Shown here in pieces: positions 31,101-42,360 of a stretch of 64,000 nt of DNA (positions are counted from its first letter, which is position 1; each line of letters starts with the position of its first letter). Made by a program: the position numbers and the translations under genes. A model generated the notes under the pieces. That model saw nothing but the letters and a program-made list of their open reading frames with translations. It was not told the DNA's origin and ran no database searches. Source of the stretch: Perkinsus chesapeaki ATCC PRA-425 (lineage: Eukaryota > Protista > Perkinsozoa); contig JAAPAO010000095.1 of NCBI GenBank assembly GCA_013115145.1, forward strand, positions 16,005-80,004. Direction: 5' to 3'.

Positions 31101-34100
31101 TTTATGAAAATAAAGAGCCAGCAGCAATAGGGCATCAGCCCAGACATAGCCGAATATGCCTGAACTTCGCTGTCTCGGTAAGGCAGACTCACCGGTGACC
31201 TTAGCGAAACCAATCCAAACATCCCAACCGACATCCACATACTTGGGACAAGAGAAGATGGTAGACATTCGAGGGTTGCCATAGCCTCCTTCGAAGGTAA
31301 CAGGGGAAGTAGCACTGCTACCAAACCGCCAAAAGATACCAAAGTTGCTATCTGTCGAGGCTGCTCCACAGAGCAAGGGCGTCTGATAGGCCATGCGGAC
31401 AATGAACCACAACGCTGTAGCAATGATAAGGACTTCCCAAACCCACCGGGGCTGGAGCGGCCATCTTGGAGTGAACCAGAGAATGAACATAACACGCACG
31501 GCATCGAAGATAGAGGTGGCCACGAGGAAATCCAAGGCAATCATCAGGTACACTGGGAAAACCGTCGAGGAAGCAAGATACTTCATAGCGACCTCGAGTA
31601 GGCCACCCGCTCTGGTGTGCAATGTCTGAGGGTCTGCTGCCCTATAGTCTTCTAGAAACCTCATGCTGTTGGTGCCGTTCTCGAGAGTCTGCTCTAACCA
31701 CTGCCACGCACTCGCGAGGATACCAGGGGGCTCATCTTCGTAGGATTCTTTTTGCCGTTCCGAGTAGTTTAGCAGCACCTAGGACTCCTGCATTTTTCCT
31801 AAACCGAAACGACGCACATCAGACAATAGCGCTTCAGCTTCGTGTGGATGTTTATGGCAAACTTCCAGTGCCTGATGCGACTCCATATCGCTGAAGCCGT
31901 CCATACGCAAATGCTCGACTAGCATGGTCTCAACTTCCCGGAAGCCGGTCTTGTCGTCGTCACGATTCACCTCATCAAGATTATCACGGCTAACGGACAT
32001 GCGGTTCTTTGCAGCCAGTCTAGTCGTCACAGTGACATCAAACCCTTTCTGGTTGACGTCCACGAATGTGTCAACCTTCTGCCGAACCCTTTGCAGTTTG
32101 GCCGCTAGGCCGCCGATGGTGCAGGTAGCCTGCCGACTCAACACGTAGAGGTTGGCGTTGAACTCATTGATGAAGCGTCTGGCCTTCGCCTTCCGTGACT
32201 GGACTTCCTCAATAAACTGGTTTTCGATAACATCATAGCCGACACTATTGTATATCCTAAGTTGTATTAATGCGGCACACAAAGTCAACAGCACAGGACC
32301 GTAACCGAAGGGGAACGGCAATGTCACCCCACCGTGGGACTTTCCCAAACCCAGCACTTGAAAGAATATCTGTAACCACGTGAAGACATCATGCTCAACA
32401 AGCGCTCCACAACGGTTTCGGTTATGATGGTAGACATCCTGTAGGTTCACGCACGTAGCACAGCTAATGTACGGAACACGAGCTGTGCCGTCAGTGACAG
32501 TAATGGGGTTGCAAGCATCCTGCCATACCCTACAAGGAATGAAGGGGATTTGGTAGAAGAGCTGAAGCCCGAAAGCCGTCGCCGCCGAGCACATGGTGAT
32601 AACCATCATATGCCGCGGCGGCATTGCCGCCGTGCAGCTTTGTAGTCAAAGTGAAACCGAAGGAGGCCCACAAACATACATAGCATAACATCGGTTATCA
32701 CATTGGTCTCCATAACATATGCGAAAGAGCTGAGGAAGGTTAATAACCAGACCACATAAATCCACAGCCGCATAGCCAAGATCGACCACTTCCCGGGACT
32801 TCTGGCGCCGGACATGGCGGTTTTATCAAGTGAGAGAACAGCGTTCTGACGGATCAGTCTCGAGGTGGCGGCCGACGCTAAGTTACCGCTCAATCCGACG
32901 CGGATATTTCGCATAAGCATGACAATGATCCACAGGCTGGTTAGCTCCCAAATGAGTGCAGCGCCAGGTATGGCCTTCATTGTCATGATGTTGCTCGGTG
33001 TAGAACCGCCATAGAGTTGCAGCTCTGTGTAACCCTCGAGACTACCAGGTGCTACAAGGAATCTTTGCCAGTCATCTTGGCAAGATGCCGTATACGCACC
33101 ATCAGCTTGAATCCACGGCGAACCACAAAACCATCCTCCGTCGAAGCGTGCCGGCTGCTCCGTCCACCAAGGGGGGTACCACAGCCGCAATATCAGTTGC
33201 ACGATGATACAAACAAGTACAAGGCTGACTATCCACAGCCTCCGTATTCTGAGGCTAGCTCCTCCCTTCATCGCTGACATTATGCATGCCGCCATAATGT
33301 AGTATATGTAGCTGTAGATGTTACTGCGAGCACCAGCTGCTAGCATTAGCGTTGAGGCTGCTAGAGGAGGAGTGTAAAACGCCAATGAGCTTGAGGAAAT
33401 CTCCAAGGGTTTTTGTCCCCATGGAGAGAGACCATGCCGAGCGGTGTAGTCGATGTTTCTTTGCACCACACATAGGATGAGGATGCCAATATTCCGACCA
33501 ACGCTCGCACCAGTCCACGAGAAGCCCAACCACTGCTCCGTATCGGAGGCAATGGAATCTTCTGTGAAGGAAAAGCGAAAGACGTATTGCAGGATAAAGA
33601 AGATAGACACCGCCAATGACACTACAACGTTCAGCGTACCCCAGCCTCGACCGAGGAACAATAATATGGCGGCTACGATCATTAGGACAACACTGGCGAG
33701 AGACGTCTCAAAGACGGAAAAGAGAAATATACAGTACATTACAACAGAGGGAAGGATCCTCGCTGTGTATACTATAAGGGATTCAAATACTCTCATGCCC
33801 GTTGACCGCTCATCTTTAGACAAGTCGACATCGCCACCGGTCGTCTGGTCAAAGTCATCCAGAACTAGCAACGAGGATGCGAACCGGACCATTCTCATAC
33901 AGACAACCGCAGAGAAGGCAGTCAACGCTGTCTTCCAAATGCCCTCTGCGGATTTATTAATACCGAGTTCAGAATATAAAGGATATGATAGGTTACGAGT
34001 TAGACTGTCGTATATACTCGGATAAAGAGCGACACATCGCCACCCGACAACAGCAATACAAAAATAAGCAAGGGCATAGTTCACTACAATAATACCACGA

Positions 34101-37100
34101 TACCTTTGTGAGTTCTTGAACAGAAGCTGGTATATTGCGATTTGTACAACAAAGATAGCGAGCATCGCAATAGAAAATACGTCTACGGGCTTCGTCAGCG
34201 CAACCCAGAGCGTCCAAAAGAGAGCAATGTACACTGCTATGCGAGAAATAACAGTCCAGTGCTCCCTCAGGAAAGCACCAATAGGTGTGCTAGCCCGATG
34301 CAGATCATGAGAAGGCGGTAGCCGATCCGGCAAGATGGCAACGAGAAAGACGCAAAGGTGGGCGATCGCAGGAACGAAGACGTTCGGGAATGGATCCAAT
34401 GAGAAGTATGAGTAATCCCAGATAGCATACTCCATAGATACCGCACAGCAAACCACTGATGATACTATTAAACCGAGAGTGACAACACGCTTTATGAAAC
34501 CCTCGGGTTGCACTATCAGAACAAGAGCGAAAAAGAGGTAGATGAGAATATAAACGTTGCTTTCGTTGGTGACACCGAGGACGGTCATCACAATTATCAG
34601 AACGCATACCACAGCAAAGTCGGCATGGGTTAGCACACGGCGAACTGTCTTCCACAAGTACTGGGCAGTTCGGCCGCGCATCCATCTTGGCAGAACAGAC
34701 TCATCGCTTGAATTATCGACCTGCTTCGGAGACGTACCGAACTGCCATCGCCAAATAGCGGCAAGAACGCAAGTAAATAGGAGTTGGAGGCTGAGCGCCA
34801 AGAACCTCCATCCAACTTGAGCGTTATCTCCAAAGTTATAGAAATGGATACCGATGCTCTTTAGGAAGAACGTTTGGCTATCAGTGGTGACTTTCTGGGC
34901 AAAGGTCCACGGAATACTGCATACTATACTTAATAGAGCAAGGAACCCTGCATAGCATACAATACACCCATATACCGTTCTTGTACCGACTAAAGCTGGC
35001 AGCAACAAGAGGGCGCAGCCACCAATCAACAGTGGCGTTGCCAAGGTACTAGGGACGACAACTGCCCAGAGAAGCAGTATGAAAGGAGCTCCAACACTAA
35101 GAGCGATCGTATCGAGGAATGCAGCCCATGCACGAGAAATCCAGGAACGCTTCTTCGCCTTCGGTGCGACATTTCCAGCCAAGCCAGCTTCGGCAGCGGA
35201 CAATGCATCCCCATCCTGAATGGTCGAAGGAGACATCTTCCGCGCTCGGTAGGTGAGCCCTGAGGCTGAATGCTCAAGGGCCGCGGATGTCGCAGGAGTC
35301 GGAAATGAGCTGGAGGCCGGTTCTGCCTGAGATGCCTCGAACGACGCATGCCTCAGCGTTGGTAGGAGATACCACTGCTTGGTGAAAGGCTCGTAGGGTT
35401 GGATAAACCAAGGCAGAAGGAAGGCCTGCATGGCCAAGCCGGCTGCGGAGAAGAGCATAACGGTGAAGTTCATTTGGAAGCCAGCAGGGTTCTCTAACTT
35501 ATACTCCTTGACCATTGGTGAACCAACCATCTGCGGCATCCACAGGGTTCTGTTCATAGCATCGGCAACTCCACCAGGTAAACTTAAAGTATACCTGAGG
35601 AGCTCCTTTTCATAGCAGATCTGAGAATGCATTATTAGCGTACATTATAAAGCCCTGTATCCATGTGTATATAAGGATTAACTTCTTGAGCTTAATTTTG
35701 GAGATGCTGCAGTGAGGGCTATAGCGGAACTGAAAAGGATACAGGATATCGTTAGGCGATCAGTGTGCGGCGGTGACTGGCCAGTGAAGTTTACTGTATT
35801 GGCTCACAGTTTGATAATGTACACGGGTACTGGATGACATTGTATGTGAATAGCTTACGTTGGGTATAGTCCAGGTGAGTAGTCCAAAGAATAAGTATAG
35901 CACATATGGTAACGTAAGTAGACAAGGTGACAGCAGGATCTGCCACAATATAAGGAAGTACACGATCAGAACTTGTGCCCGAGACAATAAAACAGCTGCA
36001 CTGAAAAGATATACCAATTGGAGACTTTCAGCAAGGCTTGACCAGCTACAAATCGTAGCGTGGAAAGTGGCCAATCTATTTCCCAGCAATTTTGCTGTAT
36101 GCAGTTGCGAGCAGACGCCGTGAAACCGTCGTGTGTTCAAGCAATTTCCAAAGATATACTCACCAATGGCGGCACACTAGCAATGGGTAGTGATAGTTTT
36201 TGAAAGGCAACAGGATAAATGTCAAAGCAATCGGGAAGTAGGAGAGCGAGGACAAGACCACCGACAACATACCTGACACAGGAAATAACTACACACGAGG
36301 TAAAGTGCTAACGAAAAAAGGCTGAGGATTAGACGCTATCATCCTACCATCCAACTTGAGATGATCCAAAGTAAACACTAGCATATGTTGTAGAGTAAAG
36401 GCCACCTTGTAATACGAGTAAAATCTGATTAAGTGATAGTGTGGTAAAGTAAACACTTGGCCTCTTACAATAGGAATACAGGCGACATATGAAATAACAG
36501 GTAATGGGCCAATAGACAGACGTGGCCAAGCTCTATATGCTAACAGGCTTAATGATATTAGGAGGTATCTGACAGGGAATGAGATAAGGAGGCCTCGACT
36601 AGTACAAGTTGAGTAACCTACCCAATGCCAGGCACAGTGGAGCCTTCAACACACGAAACAGCGACAACCATCGCAAAGATCACCAATCCCAGGAGCGGTG
36701 GGATTGGGGACCGCAACGGCAGCATCTATCGTTATCAAACAGATCACAAAATCAATCCTATAAGGGCCAGATCCCAAAGCCGCTGCGTCTAAGGGAATTA
36801 TTGTGTACTGTAATTCTTAACCCTATCCCTGATAGAAGCACCTTGATACCAAATGCGGTGAGCATTTTCGACAACGTCCAAGCAAGGTTAAACTTCAACC
36901 GTATGGTTTTAGCAGCCTTAATAGGCTTATTGAACAACAGTAATGTTTACTCACTTACACCAACACCTAATGTTGCCTTAGGAAGCAGTAAAAGTAACAC
37001 AGTATGACAGTATTTAGTGTACGTAGGGGTTAACGTTAAGTTAGATGCCTTCAAGAGCCTTCTCTATGCCCTTTGCAGCTCTCACTACGAGGTTCCTGTC

Positions 37101-37716
37101 ATCAAACGACAAGGCCTCGGATGCCTCTCTGAGGAAGTTCTGGCCTGACATAATAGCAGCGATGATAAAAGCGATGGCTTGCACTACTAGCAGCCTTACA
37201 TTGCTCACGCCAGACACGTAACAGCGACTGTGACTCTCGGTCCGCCAAGTCGGAATCCTCGACAGCCGACAGGTCACGCTCACCTATGGAGCCAGGAATA
37301 AAACAAAGAGGATAGATAAGCCCATCATGGCTGGCTGAAGCTGTCTTACCTGTCAGCGCTTCTATACCATCTGTCTTAGCAATAACGATCATCAAATCAG
37401 TGTCGCACCAGACGTCCACTCTAGAGGAGAGTGGGAAAGGTACGCTGCAGAGGGCAAGCAAAAGGGAACATTCCAGTGCAGTTGGGACACCTGACACAAA
37501 AAAAAGCGGTATCAATATCATCAAGGCTACAACAACCTTACCCCCTTGAACTCTCCTTCTGAGCTCCACCCTGGCAGACTCCCATTTCATCGTATCGGCA
37601 TCAGGCACATCACAGCTTGGACTAGTCAACAGTTTCATAGCCACTGAGGAGGCCTCCAACGACTTGGTGAAATCCCCTACCCGATTGATTACCTGCCATG
37701 TAGGAGAAACAAGCAT
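28167..37716 (-). CDS. PIEZO: Piezo-type mechanosensitive ion channel (frameshifted at about 32611-32624 in this sequence)
   Basis: PFLQEVRTTVDW (PFEW motif), cap domain, inner helix LGILGFYVTIIYAIGQFIR and CTD YSEIPNP..LVKILRSPETLI, preceded by many TM bundles. Small 5' exons extend to the ATG at 37716. Confidence 0.9.
28317..28416 (-). repeat. 39-bp coding tandem repeat (about 2.5 copies) in the Piezo C-terminal tail
   Basis: Unit CGTTGGCCTCAGTATTCTGCCTCGCCTCCTCATTGCCA(T/G), encoding NEEARQNTEAN(D/A)G. Confidence 0.9.
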
Positions 37717-37831
37717 TACGAAGACAGTTCAGATCTCCACTGTAGGTATAGATATACTGTATATTTATAGCGCGAGAGGTAGTGTCTGATAAGCTTTATT
37801 TTACATCCATAAATGCTCTAAACTATATGCT

Positions 37832-38949
37832 CTACATTATGATCTACATTTCCAACGGGCCATGTACAGTCAATGTCCAAGGCTTACGGTAAGGCTTGGA
37901 CATTGACTGTACCTGGCCGCGGTAAGGCCCTTACCGCGATGGCCATGTCGCCCCACTGCAATAGAGGTGCCACTTCCCGGTTGATTTTGCCAATCTGCGC
38001 CACAGTCTCAACAGATGCTTTATTGACAATGCTCAGAGGGGTGCTGGCGTCCCATGGCCCTTCCAGCCCCACAGTGTGCCACATCAGTCTAAGAGCCTCG
38101 ACCAGTGTATCTGCGCATCCATCACATTCACACCTGAGTAACCTACGGCGCCCCACCTTCGTTAGCAAACTTCAGCCCCCTGGCCGCGGCCTTTGCATTC
38201 GGCCTGTACCGACAGATAGTGGCGAAAACCTCAGCGGAGATTTCCTCTGTGGATGACAGAGACTTGACATTCAAAGTGTTGACGGCATTATCTAACACAG
38301 CAAGTCTAATCCAACAGGCAAGAGGCACCCACCATTGAGCGCAAGCATGAAAAGGACTCTTCCGATCCTATCGATACGACCATTATCCAGCAGCCAGTGG
38401 CCCAGCTCTGGTTCTCTAATAAGCACCTTCACCGAAGGGGCGTCTGTGAACGCGGTGAGGAGCAGCTCCAACAGGAAAACCTGAGCTGTATCATTCCAAT
38501 ATAAGGAGAACTTACGAGCCTTACCGTCGCATCTGTAAGAGGGTCTTTATTAGCAACTTTATCTTCAATTTTCTGAACCACAGAGTCGACGCAATCCACG
38601 AGAGACCGATAGAAGGACTCGTGACTGGCAAAGAGTAACGGCGTGGATAAGATCGAAGCTGTTGATGCACTCACCTGTCGGATGTCCATAGAGACTCTAC
38701 AACCTTCAGTGCATGCAGGACCACTGTATCATCGCCGTTACGTAGACACATGTACCGTGAAAATAATGGCAGGTACCTGATGAAGAAGGGTGACATTTCT
38801 GATGGAAAAACGAGAGAAGACTCAAATAGACGCAATAACATTCCCGGCCGTGTTTCCGAAATATAGCGAGCCACATCTGCCTTCTTCGTGTAGTATAGGC
38901 ACCCCCTCGGCCATATTCGCATCTTATTTTTCTTCCTCGGGCGTGGCAC
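37832..38949 (-). CDS. Hypothetical helical (ARM-like) protein; multi-exon
   Basis: ORFs 38671..38949, 38429..38689, 38143..38328 and 37884..38168 are separated by short GT-AG introns. No family recognised. Confidence 0.5.
37858..37938. repeat. 61-bp near-perfect palindrome (37858..37918) abutting a perfect 21-bp palindrome (37918..37938)
   Basis: 28 of 30 base pairs match around centre 37888, and 10 of 10 match around centre 37928. Confidence 0.95.
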
Positions 38950-39169
38950 GTTCTCTAAGGCCCCACAGCCGCCTTAACGAGTAAATAACGGGCAATTGCC
39001 ATATACATCAAATCATCAAACACAGGTGAATATCGAACTCTTTCGAAACGTTGCCAGACGACCTTAAGGGTATGTTGCATTTATACATCAACATTTCTGC
39101 TTACGCTGTTCAACATTACTAAAACTAATAAATGAGGAAAATTGGTACTCTACTTCACAGTGTCAATCC

Positions 39170-42100
39170 GATCCACACTGAACTTCTCTGCACCGCACCA
39201 TCATCAATTAGAGATCCTCATGACTCAAAGGTACCCCCCGCCGAGAAAACAGAAATCCAAGCCATAAATCGAGCACTAGTTATTCACTTACGACCGTAGC
39301 TCTTCAGTGTCCATAGTGGCATCTTTAACACCCTTACACCACCGATCCAAGCCAGCACAACACCAGTCCAAATCCCTCCGCTTTGGGCTCTCCAAGCCTC
39401 CTAGGACTCTCATGGCCCCAATCTACCAAATACATCACTTCGATTCGAGCCCAGAGCTCCTACCTGGGATGCCCTATAATAATCGTCGACATAAGGCAGC
39501 AGATAATTGCATACATCAACCTAGCGAACGTTCGCTGGTCTGAAAAGTCTCCCGTCAACACAGCCTACTCTGTATCGCTCCGCTGCATCATTAACAATAT
39601 CCCCACAGATATCCTGGAGCTTGGGGGCTAGGGGCAGTAGCATGGAGAGGAGATGAGCCACGGATAGGGCTGATGGAGACTCCTCTACTTCCTCAAGGAC
39701 TTGAGGGAACTGAGCGACAGACAGCCTTTCAAAAGCACGAAGGCCAACAATGACTTGCCATTTCCTGTTTTGCGATATTCTCCAGTGAGATAAGGAACTC
39801 CGGTATGTCCGCTAGTTCCTTAGTGAACTGCGGGAATCGTATAAGTAGCTGCACTAAGGAGGCTGAAGCAGCATGCCTAACCTGTACAGGACGACAAGAC
39901 GGATGAAATGACATCCATGCAATACAGACCAGCAGGAAACCTCACAAGAACGAGAGCTAGTGATACTGGCAGCCCCCTTCGACAAGTTCCAGCAAGGAAG
40001 TGGTACCAGAACATATACCGATTGTTCATCCCAAGGCTCCTTTAAAGATTCCGACGGAAGGTCTAGCTTTGCGCCCGGCCAAATGTTCCTTTATCATCCG
40101 GTATAGGGAACCTATAATAGAGCACACTACTTACATTAATATTGTTATGCGATGCTGAGACAGCAAATCTAACATGGACTTGTCTATGCCCTATCCAGAC
40201 ACTACTAACATCTTCCTCCTTCTCTATTATATTACCCAATGTACCTACCACTACGCCTTACTCCTCACCCTCTCAACTACACCACCCTTACGTATAGCCA
40301 ATTGCCTTTGACCACCGTTATTAGAGTCCGACAATACCAGCAATTCCTGTACAGTATAGCCTGGCCTGCCTGGCTCCTCCCCGTGATGGTACAGCACCTA
40401 CCCCACCGTCCCCCATACCACCTCATCAAGACTGCGGCCTACCGGATCGTATCTTCCTCCAGCGTCCCGCTTGAGCTCGTGGCCTTCAAAGTCAAACCTT
40501 CGGCCTTCAAAAGTCTCATCCTCCGGTCGAGGCATATCCTCATCCTCATTAACCGGCTCCATCCACTTTTGCTTATCAATCTCCAACTCGTCCAACTCCA
40601 GACGATTGCCATACCTACCACCTCCGTCCTCCCCCGATACCCCCAGGCTCCTCCCCTACCCTAAATCAACCTCGCCTTCATACATGTCCTCCCCTTCAGT
40701 GACCGTATCTCCTGCTTTGTTGCTGCTATCTGCCCCATCCGAGGGGCCTTCAGCCTCTAACTTCTTTCGGCCACGTTCGCGAAGGAACTCGATATTCGAT
40801 GCGCTAAACATACGCTGGACCTGCGAAGTAGAATGGCTGAGATAGTATTAGTAAAGGCCTAGCCATATCGATACAGCATGCTCCATATGCCCTTGAGTTG
40901 ATTAGACAGTTCCATATGCATTTTTGAGTTAGAACAACTCAAAAGTGTTCGCAATGAACCCTGCAATGAGATTAGCGTCCTATTAACTAATCCTCTAAAA
41001 ATCACTTTATTAGTAAAACTCCGCAAATGCCCGTATATGGAAGAGGGTATATCCAAACTACCGCGCGCCACGAAATCCCTACGTCCTCCTCATGATTACC
41101 TCAGCCATAGTCTCCTCTCTCTCTTCCTTACTCATGTTCAACACAGCCGTAGTGTTGTTGTTGTTGTTGTTGTTGTCTCCATTACCCTCCTTCACCTTCC
41201 CCGCAGCCTTTCTCTGGGCTAAAGGCACATTTGCCTCAGCCAGCTTCTTAGATCTCCATGCCCTCAGTTTAGGCTTAGGAAAGCCCTTGGCAGCTGATGA
41301 CGGATGAGCACGAGGTGGAGCAACCACTGTATTCAGCTAAACGGCAATGATGGCGATATTACTCCATCCCCATCTACCTCGGGATTCCTCTCCACTACAC
41401 GATCGTTCATCACACGAGCAAGCGGCACATCAACCGAGGCTAGCTCAGCCTCTTGCTGGGCCTTAACATTACGACTCTCATCTGAACAACAACGTGGCAT
41501 ACGAGCGGCGTTAAACAAACCAGCAGCCACACCAGAAAGTCTCATGGTGAATCATGATTGGCTTTCGCCCTCCCGATAGATAGCCCACTGAAATCCAGTG
41601 ACTGGATAATACATAAGGAGTTCAACTGGCCTGCAGTCACTGTACTGAGGCTCGTTAGGTTCTTATACGAGACAAGGTTAATGATGATGAGTACTAGAGG
41701 ATGTGATAGGATAAAGAATTGCTCAATGGACGCCTACTACACATCCTAAGCCCTACTTGGTGGAATACATCTATTACATCAACAACACTTCACCTACACC
41801 ACAATAGACACTGACGATAGTCATTTAGGCGCCCCACAGAAATAACAGGTTGCTCGGGAATAAAACAGTGGTCTTAATACAAAGATGCACTGCCATTGGA
41901 CTGCACATACGAAGTCATGCCGCAAGAAAGAAGGCCTTCCCTTCGGGCCCGTCTCATGTCTCGCTATAACTGCCCGATTGACAGGGCTCCTTTCCTCTCG
42001 CCAATGGCCATTCCCCCTTCTAATACCTTCCTTCATTATCCCATCCTCCTCGGCAAATGTAACCCTCTTATCCTCCTTGCCAACTCTAACCACACTAGCA

Positions 42101-42180
42101 GCTGGTTTATCACCATTAAGGAAGTCCGCCTGTTCTTTTAACAGGTCATCCTCTGACAGCCATGCCGGCTTACGTGGCAT
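39170..42180 (-). CDS. RPAP1: RNA polymerase II-associated protein 1 (RPAP1/Rba50/IYO) homolog; multi-exon, 3' end approximate
   Basis: N-terminus MPRKPAWLSEDDLLKEQADFL..PAASVVRV, then GFPKP, MSKEEREETMAEV (RPAP1_N-like), RFDFEGHEL and LYHHGEEPGRPGYTVQELLVLSDSNNGGQRQLAIR (RPAP1_C-like). Confidence 0.85.
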
Positions 42181-42248
42181 CTTCTATACCAATACTACCA
42201 CCATCACCAATACACACTAGTAAACTCAACAACGATTATTCGGTCAGT

Positions 42249-42338
42249 AGGGCAGTCCTCGACCCGCGAAAGAAATGGAAGAAAGAGGTACTAAGGGCAG
42301 TCCTCGACCCGCGGAAGAAATGGAAGAAATCGGTACTA
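42249..42338. repeat. 45-bp tandem duplication (2 copies, 3 mismatches) in the 180-bp spacer between FPPS and RPAP1
   Basis: AGGGCAGTCCTCGACCCGCG(A/G)AAGAAATGGAAGAAA(GA/TC)GGTACTA, twice. Confidence 0.9.
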
Positions 42339-42360
42339 CTATCATGACTACTTAGTATTG

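Noticed and set aside
31779-31817. In-frame TAG between two Piezo ORFs as possible stop-codon readthrough or recoding
   Set aside because: A canonical 39-nt intron (GAT|GTGCGT...TCCTAG|GTG) removes it in frame.
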